64,000 nt of DNA from Candidatus Kuenenia stuttgartensis. Its GTDB lineage: Bacteria > Planctomycetota > GCA-002687715 > CAIWVZ01. The DNA is taken from contig CAMARR010000011.1 of the NCBI GenBank assembly GCA_945860915.1, positions 1,394 to 65,393 of the forward strand, read 5' to 3'. Positions 44,750 through 54,668 of the stretch are shown piece by piece; positions within the stretch are counted from its first letter, which is position 1; the number at the start of each line of letters is the position of its first letter. The notes under the pieces were generated by a model. The model searched no databases. It was not told where the DNA came from and was given only the letters and a program-made list of their open reading frames with translations. The translations under genes were made by a program, and so were the position numbers.

Positions 44750-45184
44750 ATGAAGGAAGCTGCGGGATATATTCTCCTATGTGAACAGGCCGACGATTGG
44801 TCGGTCCTATTATTACGGAACGCCCGGCATCACACGTGGGGATTCCCCAAAGGCCATCTCGAGCCAAGCGAATCGGCACGAGACGGAGCCCTGCGCGAAC
44901 TCAAGGAAGAGACCGGAATCACCACCTTGACGCCGGTCGCTGACTTCGAGTCCGTCACGACATACCGCCCGCGGTTTGCCGGCGCGGAGGCGCTCGAGCC
45001 TGATGACATCCCCGAGAAGCGAGTTCGCTACTTCTTGGCGACCGTCCCGAAGCAGACCCTCGTCAGATCCAAGGAGCACGACGCGGGTGGCTGGATGCTC
45101 CCCGAGGAGGCGTGCGCGCTCCTTGGCCATGAAGACCTTCGCCGCGTCCTTCGAGACGCACTTGCTCGCGTGCGTCGCGGCTGA
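44750..45184 (+). CDS. NUDIX hydrolase (Ap4A hydrolase-like)
   Basis: Nudix box GFPKGHLEPSESARDGALRELKEETGI. Confidence 0.85.
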   Translation: MKEAAGYILLCEQADDWSVLLLRNARHHTWGFPKGHLEPSESARDGALRELKEETGITTLTPVADFESVTTYRPRFAGAEALEPDDIPEKRVRYFLATVPKQTLVRSKEHDAGGWMLPEEACALLGHEDLRRVLRDALARVRRG

Positions 45185-45198
45185 TTATTGTTGATTCT

Positions 45199-47091
45199 AT
45201 GTCACTTTTGACTTTCACCGGAGTGCGCAAAGTCTATGGAGGCGACACCCTCCTCGAAGACGTCACCTTCACCATCCGCGAGGGAGACCGCATCGGTGTA
45301 GTCGGAAGAAACGGTGCAGGGAAATCAACCATCTTCAGGCTTGCGTGCGGCGACGAGCACGACGACGGCGGCGAGATCTCGCGAGGACGCGGGATCACGC
45401 TCGCTCGGCTCGCTCAGGACCCAACACTGGATCCGGACGCGACCATCCTGAATGAAACGCTCGGCGCTCTGCGTCATGTAAGAGACCTCGAAGTTCAACT
45501 GCGAGCCATCGAGGATGCCATGGCAACCGCCGACCCCGACGAAGCCGCAAGGCTCGCGGAAGAACATGGGGTTGTCCACGAGCGCTTTGAACGCCAAGGC
45601 GGCTACCGTCTCGAAGCGCGCGCACTTGAAGTCCTAGCGGGGCTCGGCGTCGACCTTTCGATGGCAGGTCGTTTGTGTCGCGGCCTTTCCGGTGGAGAAC
45701 GTAGTCGAGTTGCGTTGGCGCAGGTGTTGCTCCAGGACCCAGACCTCATGCTGCTTGACGAGCCGACGAACCACCTCGATCTCAGCGGAATCGAGTGGCT
45801 CGAGGGCTACCTGCGCGGCTCGCGCAGTGCGTATCTCGTCGTCTCGCACGATAGGTGGTTCTTAAACCGCGTAACCGAGGCAACGCTTGATGTCTCGGAC
45901 GGCACCGCGCGCATGTGGCCTCAAGGCTACGGCGGCTTTGAAAAACTTAAGGCAGACGAGCACAAATCGCTTCTCCGAGAAGTCGCGAAACAGCGGGTCT
46001 ACATCGACAAGGAGCGGGCGTTCATCAGACGACATCTCGGGTCACAGCGATCCCGTGAAGCATCGGGTCGACTCAAGCGACTTGAGCGAGTCGAGCTTCT
46101 GATTCCCCCGCCGGGTGAGTCCGCTACGGCTACTTTCACGCTGACACCGGATCGTCCGCAAGGAAACCTCCCGATCTCGGGGCGCGAACTGTCCATCGAG
46201 CTCGGAGGTCGCGAGCTTTTCCGGGATGTGAGCTTTGACCTTCTGCCAGGCGATCGACTTGGCATCGTCGGACCCAATGGATGCGGAAAGTCGACCCTGC
46301 TCAAAATATTGGCAGGTCGACTCGTTCCAACCTCTGGTCGTGTCGACATCGCAAAGTCGTGCGACATAGGCTACTTTGATCAGGATCATCGACTCCTTGA
46401 TTCGCAGGCAACCCCCTATTCGACGATCCACGACTACCGTCCCCAATGGACGGATTTTGCCGTCCGGTCATGGCTCGCCAGGTTCGTGTTTCAAGCAGAA
46501 GATATTGAGCGCAAAGTTGGCACGCTTTCGGGTGGCGAACGCGCTCGGCTCGCGCTCGCTCGACTTCTGATCGACAGGCCGAACGTCCTATTCCTCGACG
46601 AACCGACGAACCACCTCGACATCCCCTCATGCACCGCGCTTGAGGAAATGCTCGACGGCTTCTCGGGCACCCTCATCGTGGTTTCGCACGATCGTTGGTT
46701 TCTGCAGCGTGTCGCTACGCGAGTTCTTTGGATCGAGAATGGTCGAAGCAAGTTCACGCATGGATCATGGTCCGAAGCGGCCGCCGCGCGCAAAGCGTCC
46801 ATTGAGGGGGCACGCAAGGAAGCGGAAGAGTCTCGAGGCCGCGCGGCGAAGACAGCAAAGCCCTCTTTGGTCCCGAAGGCGGCCGCTCCAAAAGCCAAGA
46901 AGCGACGCGCCCTCGGTGAAGTCGAGGCAGAGCTCATGCAACTTGAGGAACGGAAAGCCGTGCTGCATGTTCAGCTCGGCTCGCCGACACTCTACAGCGA
47001 CGCTGCCAAGGCAAGGTTGGTTCGCGATGAGCTCGACGCCCTACAGCGAAGATTGACTGCCGTCGAAGAAGAGTGGGCGGGCTTCGCATGA
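45199..47091 (+). CDS. ABC-F family ATPase (two ABC domains, no TMD; EttA/Uup/YheS-like)
   Basis: Two Walker A motifs (GRNGAGKST, GPNGCGKST) and two signatures (LSGGERSR, LSGGERAR). Has an inter-domain linker and a C-terminal coiled coil. Confidence 0.9.
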   Translation: MSLLTFTGVRKVYGGDTLLEDVTFTIREGDRIGVVGRNGAGKSTIFRLACGDEHDDGGEISRGRGITLARLAQDPTLDPDATILNETLGALRHVRDLEVQLRAIEDAMATADPDEAARLAEEHGVVHERFERQGGYRLEARALEVLAGLGVDLSMAGRLCRGLSGGERSRVALAQVLLQDPDLMLLDEPTNHLDLSGIEWLEGYLRGSRSAYLVVSHDRWFLNRVTEATLDVSDGTARMWPQGYGGFEKLKADEHKSLLREVAKQRVYIDKERAFIRRHLGSQRSREASGRLKRLERVELLIPPPGESATATFTLTPDRPQGNLPISGRELSIELGGRELFRDVSFDLLPGDRLGIVGPNGCGKSTLLKILAGRLVPTSGRVDIAKSCDIGYFDQDHRLLDSQATPYSTIHDYRPQWTDFAVRSWLARFVFQAEDIERKVGTLSGGERARLALARLLIDRPNVLFLDEPTNHLDIPSCTALEEMLDGFSGTLIVVSHDRWFLQRVATRVLWIENGRSKFTHGSWSEAAAARKASIEGARKEAEESRGRAAKTAKPSLVPKAAAPKAKKRRALGEVEAELMQLEERKAVLHVQLGSPTLYSDAAKARLVRDELDALQRRLTAVEEEWAGFA

Positions 47092-47804
47092 GCGCCGTAG
47101 ACCCCCTTCAGAACAGGGATGCCGTTTTCTTTGACGCTGGGTTTACGCTTCTGATGCCGGTCGCTCCAATCCCCCATATTTATCTGGAGCACGCGAGCGA
47201 AGTTGGTGTCACTCCGTGCCGCGATGCATTCGGCGAGGCGTTCCACGCGACTTGGAAGGGCATCGGAGGTCGAGTTTTTCGACCCGACCATCGGACGTCT
47301 GACGTCGAGGAGCGCGACGCTTGGCATGTATTGACTCAAACCATCGCCAAGCACTTTCCCGATCTACACGCGCGTCACCCGGAGTGGTTTGACCTCCTAA
47401 TGAACCGCTTCGATGCGCCAACGACATGGGTGATCGCTGACGGGGCGGTCGAACTTCTGCGTGCGCTGCGTAACCGTGGGCTCAAACTTGCAATCGTGTC
47501 CAACTGGCATTCGGCGCTCGTTCCGATTCTGCGAGAGCACGGACTATTGGACTACTTCGATGCGGTTCTGTGTTCGGGAAGTGAAGGCTACAGAAAACCA
47601 CACCCGGAGCTTTTTCGGCGGGCGTTATCCCGTGTCAGGACGTCGCCTGAGCGAGCAGTACATGTTGGGGACTCCCACCACGACGACGTGGTCGGTGCGC
47701 GGCGCGCGCGTATCGCGGCATGGCACCTCTCGGAGACGACGGAAGCCGGCCGGCACGGCACTGCGCGCAATCTCCGAGACCTCGCTGTGGCCTGGCGACT
47801 CTAG
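47088..47804 (+). CDS. HAD-superfamily hydrolase (subfamily IA)
   Basis: AVFFDAGFTL (motif I variant), IVSNW, GYRKPHPELF and HVGDSHHDDVVGA are present. ATGA overlap with the ABC-F stop. Confidence 0.85.
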   Translation: MSAVDPLQNRDAVFFDAGFTLLMPVAPIPHIYLEHASEVGVTPCRDAFGEAFHATWKGIGGRVFRPDHRTSDVEERDAWHVLTQTIAKHFPDLHARHPEWFDLLMNRFDAPTTWVIADGAVELLRALRNRGLKLAIVSNWHSALVPILREHGLLDYFDAVLCSGSEGYRKPHPELFRRALSRVRTSPERAVHVGDSHHDDVVGARRARIAAWHLSETTEAGRHGTARNLRDLAVAWRL

Positions 47805-48379
47805 ACGGGGATCAACGGGCTACGACTCAGCGCCCGGGTGATCGCGGCTTGAAGGTCCTGACGGAGAATGGGCTTCGAGAGGACTTCGGAAGCGCCTGTT
47901 TCTCGCTTGACCTTCGCCGGATCTAGATCAGCGCGGTCACTTGAGATCACGACGCGGACGTCGTCCATCTCTGGATTGCTTCTGATTTTCTTGGCGACAT
48001 CGAGGCCGTTCATGCCCGCCATGTTGGCGTCAATCATGACGACCTTCGGTTTGTGCTTTCCAATGTGGATGAGCCCGGAGATGCCATCGCTTTTAAAAGT
48101 GATGTCCCATTTGCCGTCGGTCTCGAGGAAGTCTCGAAGTGACGTCACGGTCTGGTGATCGTCCTCAACCACCAAAATGGTCGGCCTATGGTCTAAACCA
48201 GCCGGCAGGGGCATCCCTCGTTGGACTAGGAATGCCGCGAGAATCTTGGCATCTACCCGTCGATGACCGCCGGGAGTCCGGAACGCCTGCAGATACCCTC
48301 GGTCGATCCAATTCGCCACCGTGCGCTCGCTGACGCCAACCATCTTTCCGATCTCGTTCGTGGTGAGAAGTGCTTGCAC
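47801..48379 (-). CDS. response regulator with N-terminal excisionase/MerR-type HTH (HTH_17) and C-terminal receiver domain
   Basis: LLTTNEIGKMVGVSERTVANWIDRGYLQAFRTPGGHRRV, then REC motifs ILVVEDD, VVMIDANMAGMNG, VVISS and LSKP. GTG at 48379 lies after AGGAG; the track start is 48445. Confidence 0.8.
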   Translation of the reverse strand: MQALLTTNEIGKMVGVSERTVANWIDRGYLQAFRTPGGHRRVDAKILAAFLVQRGMPLPAGLDHRPTILVVEDDHQTVTSLRDFLETDGKWDITFKSDGISGLIHIGKHKPKVVMIDANMAGMNGLDVAKKIRSNPEMDDVRVVISSDRADLDPAKVKRETGASEVLSKPILRQDLQAAITRALSRSPLIPV

Positions 48380-48452
48380 GGGGATAACTCCTATGGCGGT
48401 GGACGCCGTTCGCCGAGGCGGGAAACTATCAAACCTCCGGGCCACGGATAAC

Positions 48453-48462
48453 GGAATATTCC
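48453..48462. promoter_or_regulatory. 10-bp perfect palindrome GGAATATTCC in an AT-rich region upstream of the response-regulator gene
   Basis: Read directly. It sits in a visibly AT-richer stretch, 48446..48500. Confidence 0.2.
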
Positions 48463-48563
48463 AAAATATCCCCGTACAATTTTCGATTCTTAAGGATTTC
48501 CACGAAAATCACCTGCACACGCATCGGGAGTGCCTTGGAGTCGAGCGTCAACAGCGTGAGAGG

Positions 48564-49022
48564 CTAGCGCCACTCCGCCGAAGCCCACCAACTCCTAAAC
48601 TCCACTGGGGTTACGACCAAAACGATGCGGTCGAGTCCCCCGTCGATCTCGACAAACTCGCCGCTATGATTTCCGATAATCAGAAGTTCGGCTTCACCAC
48701 GCCGCACACGGATCGCGCGATCCGCTACTGGGCTATTCTCCGGAAACGACGGCACACCCCGCCACCCTTGATCGAAGACAGACGTCGACCAAGTTGTCAC
48801 GGCAACCGGAACGCGAGCCACGATGTCATGTCCACGGACACTTGCGATCGGGTCGAACGTCACGATGGCGCGGGTTTCGAAGATGATTCGTTCAATTTCC
48901 GTCGGGGCTTCAAGGATGTGCATTGCCCACGGAGCAAGGGCTCCAAGTGGCATGCTCCCTCGACGGCTGCCGGTGCCACAGGCAAGTGATGCGAAGACGA
49001 GCCACGCAACGACCCAAGTCAT
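48564..49022 (-). CDS. hypothetical lipoprotein
   Basis: ATG at 49022 gives MTWVVAWLVFASLACG (lipobox). No motif recognised. Confidence 0.5.
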   Translation of the reverse strand: MTWVVAWLVFASLACGTGSRRGSMPLGALAPWAMHILEAPTEIERIIFETRAIVTFDPIASVRGHDIVARVPVAVTTWSTSVFDQGWRGVPSFPENSPVADRAIRVRRGEAELLIIGNHSGEFVEIDGGLDRIVLVVTPVEFRSWWASAEWR

Positions 49023-49042
49023 GACGTGGACGGGAGCGCGTC

Positions 49043-49804
49043 TCACTCGGCAACCACCTCAACTGACACAATGAGAAGTGCTTGCGCGGGCGCGGTCGCC
49101 CTTCCGGTCGACGGATCCTGCACGACGGGCACGGCTGCGAGCTGGTCGAGTATCGCGAGGCTCGCGGCGTCTTTCACCCGACCAAACACGCAGTTTCCCC
49201 AGTCCTCCGGACGGGTGCGGCCACGGTAATCAAGCGACGGTTGCTCGCCTAAGTTCACAAAGAACGACGATGTCGCAGAATGCGGTTCTGCCCGTCGCGC
49301 CATCGCGAGCGTGCCACGGGTATTGAGCAGGCCATTGTCCGATTCGCAACGAACGGGAGCGCGGACGGCGAGTTCCTTGCCGTCCCGATCGAAGCGGCCG
49401 GCATCAAGGCGCAGACCTCTCTCCGCTCGATGGAATCGTGTGCCGTCATAGAATCCCGATTTGGCGTACACGAGAAAATTCTCGACGGTTAGAGGTGCCT
49501 TGCGCCGGTTGAGTTCTAGCGTGACGACGCCTTCCGAAGTCACAAGGCGCACGATGGGCGTCTCTGACTTCCCTGCCGCCATCGGGGTTTCCTTCCAAAG
49601 GTCGCCCCAAGTACCCGGCCCTTTTCGGGTAGCGGCCACGGAGGATGGCGCCGTCTCAGATTTCGGGGTTGGGGGCGGCGACTCGCTGCATCCCGCCATG
49701 ACGATGCCGATCAGAATCATGCTGAAAGCGAGGCGGAACGCTGAACGAATCGGTCCATCGTGGAAAAATGAGGGTGTCGGTTCGGGACGCATGTCGGTTT
49801 CCAT
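49043..49804 (-). CDS. PpiA-type cyclophilin-fold lipoprotein with divergent active-site motif
   Basis: Membrane/lipobox segment FSMILIGIVMAGCS. Cyclophilin core VENFLVYAKSGFYDGTRFHR...NTRGTLAMAR...SSFFVNL. FHRAERGLRLDAGRF replaces [15 protein letters not shown]. The start is uncertain: 49792, 49804, or up to 49936. Confidence 0.75.
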   Translation of the reverse strand: METDMRPEPTPSFFHDGPIRSAFRLAFSMILIGIVMAGCSESPPPTPKSETAPSSVAATRKGPGTWGDLWKETPMAAGKSETPIVRLVTSEGVVTLELNRRKAPLTVENFLVYAKSGFYDGTRFHRAERGLRLDAGRFDRDGKELAVRAPVRCESDNGLLNTRGTLAMARRAEPHSATSSFFVNLGEQPSLDYRGRTRPEDWGNCVFGRVKDAASLAILDQLAAVPVVQDPSTGRATAPAQALLIVSVEVVAE

Positions 49805-50160
49805 CTTATGCCGCAGCGAGAGGATGCAACGAATCGACTCTACGAACGACCCACGTTTCGGCTCGAACTCGCGCGCGATCTCGGAAATCACGCTATATTG
49901 GAAGCGAGAGCAACCCTTGAGCCGCCAACCCTCCAACGAATCAAACTCCTCCCACGAAGGCTTGCCTCCGCAGGCGGAGCCGCTGACTCACGACTCACGC
50001 TCGAACAAACGGAACTCCGCCCGTAGGCCCCCCGCAACCGACCTCCACCACCTGCTGCCACTGTCAGCGTGCGATGTACGGCCGTGCGCCAAGTCTGTCA
50101 CGACCGACGCGCCAATCTCGCTCTCCACGCTCGCCTGAGGACGGCCGCGCGGCGGCTCGC

Positions 50161-50643
50161 TTAGGCTGGCCCGGTTGCTGCGAAGTCGATAGATCCCTGC
50201 GGCAAGAAGTAGACGATCAACATCTTTCCGTCTGTGACGGTTGGAATGTGCCAAGACCCTGGGCCTTCCAGCACATAACCCTCCGCCCGGCCGTCGAACC
50301 GCGGCGAACCTTCGAGCGCGAAGGCCAAGCTGAACTCCCCGTTGGGGTGTCGATGGCCCGGCCCTGGTCCGGTCATCACGACGGCATCAATGGAGAGGCC
50401 ATATGTAGCCGGAGTCGGCTTAGCCAATCTCCCCCATTTCACAGGCCAATCACCTCGCTCGGCGAGAAGTCCCGCTTCGTGAGCCTGAACTAACCGGTCC
50501 TTGAGCGCCGAGATCGCAACAGACCCAAAAGGGAATGCCGCCTCAACGGCGCGAGGGGCTCGCTCGTCGCCGAAGTCGATTTTCGAAACGACTTCGGCAA
50601 GCGGTACGAGCGCGGCAATCAGAGTTTCGCGCGTCTCGGACAT
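50161..50643 (-). CDS. hypothetical cupin-like protein
   Basis: 160-aa ORF with PGPGHRHPNGE and a beta-rich C-terminus. It resembles DUF4863-type proteins from memory (unverified). Confidence 0.55.
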   Translation of the reverse strand: MSETRETLIAALVPLAEVVSKIDFGDERAPRAVEAAFPFGSVAISALKDRLVQAHEAGLLAERGDWPVKWGRLAKPTPATYGLSIDAVVMTGPGPGHRHPNGEFSLAFALEGSPRFDGRAEGYVLEGPGSWHIPTVTDGKMLIVYFLPQGSIDFAATGPA

Positions 50644-50644
50644 G

Positions 50645-51388
50645 TCACTTGATCTCGAGGGTGGCCTTATTGATGAACAAGCTTTCGGAGGTGGCGCCCG
50701 AGCGGCTGCCCTTCTCTTCGAGCTTCTTCATCACGTCCATTCCTTCCGTGATCTCACCATAGATCGAGTGCCTGCCGTCAAGCCACTGCGTGGCGACAAA
50801 CGTGAGGAAGAACTGCGACCCGTCCGTCCCAGGGCCGGCATTCGCCATCGAGAGAAGGCCGCCCTTGTCGTGCTTCACGGTCGGCGAGAACTCTCCACCG
50901 AACTTGTAGCCAGGGCTTCCGGTGCCGGTGCCGAGAGGGCAACCGCCTTGAGCCATGAACCCCGGGATCACGCGATGGAACTTGAGGCCATCGAAAAAGC
51001 CGAGCTTCGTGAGGTAGATCGCGCTTGTGACGTGCATCGGTGCAATTTCCGGGAGGAACTTCACCTTGATAACACCCTTGTTGGTGTCAAGAACCCACAT
51101 GTAAGTCTTCTTCGCATCGAACTTCTGTTGCGGCGGGGCCATAAGCGATGTCTTCCACGCTGGAGCCTTGGTGTCGACTTTTGAGGTAGCGATGAACGCA
51201 TCAATCGCATCGCATGCGGCATCGGCGGCGGGCTTGCTCGGTTTGGTCTCAGCTGCCTTTGCCTCAGGCTTGGCATCCTGTCCAGCGGGCGGAGACTTCG
51301 GGTTCTGCGCGCCGGCATTGGGTGAGCATGCGAGAAGCGCGAAGGTCGCGCAGAACGACAACAGTACAAAAGTCATGGGTTTCATCAT
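50645..51388 (-). CDS. cyclophilin-type peptidyl-prolyl isomerase lipoprotein
   Basis: [22 protein letters not shown] lipobox. Canonical [31 protein letters not shown] and SIYGEI. ATGA overlap with the upstream stop. Confidence 0.85.
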   Translation of the reverse strand: MMKPMTFVLLSFCATFALLACSPNAGAQNPKSPPAGQDAKPEAKAAETKPSKPAADAACDAIDAFIATSKVDTKAPAWKTSLMAPPQQKFDAKKTYMWVLDTNKGVIKVKFLPEIAPMHVTSAIYLTKLGFFDGLKFHRVIPGFMAQGGCPLGTGTGSPGYKFGGEFSPTVKHDKGGLLSMANAGPGTDGSQFFLTFVATQWLDGRHSIYGEITEGMDVMKKLEEKGSRSGATSESLFINKATLEIK

Positions 51389-52560
51389 GGCGTGTCCTTT
51401 GTGTCCGTGCCCATGTACGGGCGGGAGTCGATACGGTAACGAAGCCACCGACATTCGATAGGGCCTGTCATCAAAGGCCATTTGCGATCTGCCCGAAGTC
51501 CGAGGTGCTTCGTTAGCCCGGCGTCACCGGACAACACACATACGGTCGAGTCGGGGAACCTGCGGACCCACCGAGAGAGGTCCATCCACGAGACCATAAG
51601 GTCTTCCCCCTCACCAAGCCGCTCTCCCCACGGGGGATTGGCGACGATCATTGGCTTTGTGACATCGGGAGCCCACTGATCAAGGCTAGTCTCGGTAAAG
51701 CTCACAAGGTCAGCGACCCCCGCGGCTTCCGCGCCCTTCCTAGCAAGCGCAATCGCCCCTGGGTGGCGATCCGCGCCAAGGATCGGAGCCGGGAGAGTGG
51801 CCTTCCCTCGGGCCTTGGCTGCCGCGCGCGCCGTTGCAATGACCTTCTGGTCGATATCAGGCCAACGCTCAAATGCGAATGATCTCCCTAAGCCTGGCGC
51901 CCGATCGGCCGCCCACATCGCCCCCTCAATCAGGAACGTGCCAGAACCGCACATCGGATCAAGCAAGGGGCTCTTCTTGTCCCAGCCCGAAAGGCGGAGC
52001 AGGCCGGCTGCGATTGCCTCATTCAGCGGACTCTTCACCAGCACCGGACGCCAACCGCGCTTATGCAAGCTCTCGCCCGACCAGTCTCGCCAAATCGATG
52101 CTTCATCACGAACGATCAAGAGCTTGAGTGGCAAGTCCGGATTGTCCGCGTTGACAGAAGGACGCTCTCCGACCTGTCGGCGAAATCTGTCACAGATGGC
52201 GTCCTTTAAAACCAACCCTGCGAAGCCCGAGTGCGAGACCTTCGAATCGCGGATCGTCGCGTCGACAGAGATTGTCTGCGTGACACGCATCCACTTTTCC
52301 CATGGCAGTGCCGCAGCGAGCTCCAAGAACGACTCGCGTGAAAACGCTGGGCCGCGTCCGAGAAGTTCCGTCACGCGGGTTGCCGTGCGCAGCCAAAGAC
52401 ATGCTTCGACTAACCCGCGATGAGACGCGCGAAACGTCACACCACCACGCGATGTCCGGACGTCGGCATAGCCGAGTTCCGTCAGCTCTTCCGTAAGCGC
52501 CGCCTCGAGCCCCAGTGTGCATGCAGCGTGTGCCTCGTGCAGCCCGTCATCATGCGCCAA
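51385..52560 (-). CDS. THUMP-domain class I SAM-dependent RNA methyltransferase (COG0116, RlmL-N/YpsC-like)
   Basis: N-terminal THUMP-like region. SAM motif [12 protein letters not shown]. Catalytic [11 protein letters not shown] (NPPY-type). Confidence 0.8.
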   Translation of the reverse strand: MAHDDGLHEAHAACTLGLEAALTEELTELGYADVRTSRGGVTFRASHRGLVEACLWLRTATRVTELLGRGPAFSRESFLELAAALPWEKWMRVTQTISVDATIRDSKVSHSGFAGLVLKDAICDRFRRQVGERPSVNADNPDLPLKLLIVRDEASIWRDWSGESLHKRGWRPVLVKSPLNEAIAAGLLRLSGWDKKSPLLDPMCGSGTFLIEGAMWAADRAPGLGRSFAFERWPDIDQKVIATARAAAKARGKATLPAPILGADRHPGAIALARKGAEAAGVADLVSFTETSLDQWAPDVTKPMIVANPPWGERLGEGEDLMVSWMDLSRWVRRFPDSTVCVLSGDAGLTKHLGLRADRKWPLMTGPIECRWLRYRIDSRPYMGTDTKDTP

Positions 52561-53638
52561 AGGTAAACCTCAGGATCTCGGTTTTGGGTGGACTTGGCAT
52601 GTAGCGTCGCGCCAGAAGGAAGTTGCGCGCTTCGAGAAGATTGCCGAAGATCTGATACGCGGTTGTCTGTTCTAAATAACCCAACCCTGGGGACCCACCC
52701 GTGCCGGTCCGCGAGCCGATCATTCGCTCGACCATGCGTGCGTGTCGAAATCGGAACATCCGGAATCCCTGCTCAAATTCGACGAGGGCGTCCAACAACG
52801 TCGAAGGCCATCGCAGCAGCGGTTCGTCGCGGTAGGTCGTGATAAAGACGAACGCTCGGCGAGCGGCGAGCTCGTCTGCGGTCCCATCGAACAAGTACGC
52901 GCGGAGTGACTCGCGCTGCACGGATGCCCGGCGACTCGCGGCATCGCGTTCCGCTTGAGTCAGAACAGGATTCTGGGCGTGAAATGCGGCTTGTTCTTCA
53001 GAATACGTGTTGAAGGCATCGCGGAATGTCTCCGCGAATCGCGGAAATGCTGCCTCGATAGGCGTGCGGCCAAGCCAGTCGAGCAACGCGTTCTTCAGTG
53101 TCATCTCGCCGAGCCGCTTGGTTACGCGCTCGCGTTCAGACGGGTTGAGGTGCAACGCATAACTCCCGCCGCCTAGTCGCTCTCGATGCGCTTCGGGAAG
53201 CCCTGCCAGAATCTCCATCTCGCGGAACTGAACCGACTGAAATCCCGATGCGGGGCTGATCGAATCACGGAACGCTAGAAATGCCAACGGGTGCATCGTT
53301 TCGATCACCCGAAAATGATCGATCGCAATGCGGAGAATCTCGTTGACGCGCCCAACCGTCGCGACGACATCGGGGATCTCGCGCTCGGCGACGCGGTCTG
53401 GACGCGCCCCCTCGCTACTCGCTCGTCCGAGGCAGTCTCGGGCCGCGCTGAGTTCGTGAAGCATGAGTTTGAACCACAGTTCAAAGACCTGATGGACCAC
53501 GATGAACGTGAGTTCGTCATGGTGAAGCAATGCGCGTGTCGGCTCGGACCCCTTCCCGTACGAGGGCGGGCGCTGCGCGTTCAACACAGAACCAAGCTGC
53601 AAGTACGATCCATAGGTCGGGACGTTGAGTTCTGTCAT
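52550..53638 (-). CDS. kynA: tryptophan 2,3-dioxygenase
   Basis: TYGSYLQLGSVLNAQ, HDELTFIVVHQVFELWFKLMLHEL and SGFQSVQFREME match bacterial TDO. Confidence 0.85.
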   Translation of the reverse strand: MTELNVPTYGSYLQLGSVLNAQRPPSYGKGSEPTRALLHHDELTFIVVHQVFELWFKLMLHELSAARDCLGRASSEGARPDRVAEREIPDVVATVGRVNEILRIAIDHFRVIETMHPLAFLAFRDSISPASGFQSVQFREMEILAGLPEAHRERLGGGSYALHLNPSERERVTKRLGEMTLKNALLDWLGRTPIEAAFPRFAETFRDAFNTYSEEQAAFHAQNPVLTQAERDAASRRASVQRESLRAYLFDGTADELAARRAFVFITTYRDEPLLRWPSTLLDALVEFEQGFRMFRFRHARMVERMIGSRTGTGGSPGLGYLEQTTAYQIFGNLLEARNFLLARRYMPSPPKTEILRFTFGA

Positions 53639-54621
53639 GGCGACTCCGTAGGACTCTGAATACCGGAGCTCGTTGCGTTGGGTGCGGATGAGCCCTCCGA
53701 CGCGCTTAGCTCGATGGGATCGGGTGGTGCATCCGGAGCACGGTCCGGAAGGTCATCGCTCGATCGGGTGAGAATTTTGTGTGCCGGTGGTCTTCGAGGC
53801 GGCCGTGTTCCAGGATTGCTCGGATCCGCGACGGCCTGGGCGTGGCGTGCCAGCGCGAATAACACGCGCGCGTCGCGGGTTTCAATTGGGCCCGCAGTCA
53901 ACACACGTTCAAGGCTTTGTCGATAGGGACCCACCGTGCGGTCGTGGACGACTCGCAACTTTTCGAGCGCGCGCAGCATTTCGTCAATGAGGACGGCGCG
54001 CCACTCGGCGTCGAGAACGCGACCGCGTTCACGTGTCGCGGTAATCGTGCGCGCACCGGACGCTGCGAATATCTCGTGTGCGATAAGCAACACCGCCTGC
54101 GCCAGATTCAAGCTTGCGTAGTCCTCTGCCGTTGCCGCGGAAATGACGAAATGGCAAAGGCGCATCTCTTCCGCCGTGAGACCAGAGTCTTCCCTGCCAA
54201 AGAGTATTCCGACTTCGAGCCCCGCACTCGCCGCGTCGATGAGCTTGGGGGCCGCGTCGTGCGGCAAGAGTGTTTCTAGGCGGTGTCGCGGGCGCGCCGT
54301 CGTCCCCACCAAGAACTGGCAATCGGCGACAGCTTCTTCGAGGGTGTCGCAAACGATGGCACCCGCAAGGACGTCCTGCGCCCCAGACGCCATTTCCTTG
54401 GTCTCGGGATGCTCAAGCGACGGCCCCTTCACTAACACCAAGCGGGACAAGCCGAAGTTGCGCATCGCCCGCGCCGTCGATCCCACGTTTCGGGGGCCCT
54501 GTGGTTCGACCAAGATGACGCGGATCCGGGAGAGCACGGTCTTGAGGGGGTCCGACGGGACTTCCTTCTTGATTTGAACCCCTGACCGGGGGCGGGGGGG
54601 GCGAGTTTCATCCGGATCCAT
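53635..54621 (-). CDS. trmJ: SpoU/TrmH-family RNA 2'-O-methyltransferase (TrmJ-like) with C-terminal extension
   Basis: IRVILVEPQGPRNVGSTARAMRNFGL..LVLV and the SLNLAQAVLLIAHE knot motifs. About 80 aa of low-complexity tail. Confidence 0.8.
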   Translation of the reverse strand: MDPDETRPPRPRSGVQIKKEVPSDPLKTVLSRIRVILVEPQGPRNVGSTARAMRNFGLSRLVLVKGPSLEHPETKEMASGAQDVLAGAIVCDTLEEAVADCQFLVGTTARPRHRLETLLPHDAAPKLIDAASAGLEVGILFGREDSGLTAEEMRLCHFVISAATAEDYASLNLAQAVLLIAHEIFAASGARTITATRERGRVLDAEWRAVLIDEMLRALEKLRVVHDRTVGPYRQSLERVLTAGPIETRDARVLFALARHAQAVADPSNPGTRPPRRPPAHKILTRSSDDLPDRAPDAPPDPIELSASEGSSAPNATSSGIQSPTESP

Positions 54622-54668
54622 GCCCCGATGTTAGCGCGCCGTTCGTTAGCATCGCCCCATCGGCAATC

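Noticed and set aside
49805-50160. About 350-nt stretch without an assigned gene, between the cupin-like gene and the divergent cyclophilin: possible ncRNA or small gene
   Set aside because: I read both strands. There are only short hairpins (e.g. CTCCGC-AG-GCGGAG) and a GTGAGTC tandem. No tRNA-like T-loop, no convincing promoter/terminator pair, and part of it may be a 5' extension of the cyclophilin ORF. Evidence is insufficient to call a feature.
54588-54601. G5-C-G8 run at the 5' end of the trmJ-like gene as a phase-variation tract
   Set aside because: It encodes a Pro/Arg-rich N-terminal leader (RPPRPR) in a very GC-rich context. A single homopolymer in a housekeeping gene is more likely a compositional by-product or a sequencing-risk site than a contingency locus.
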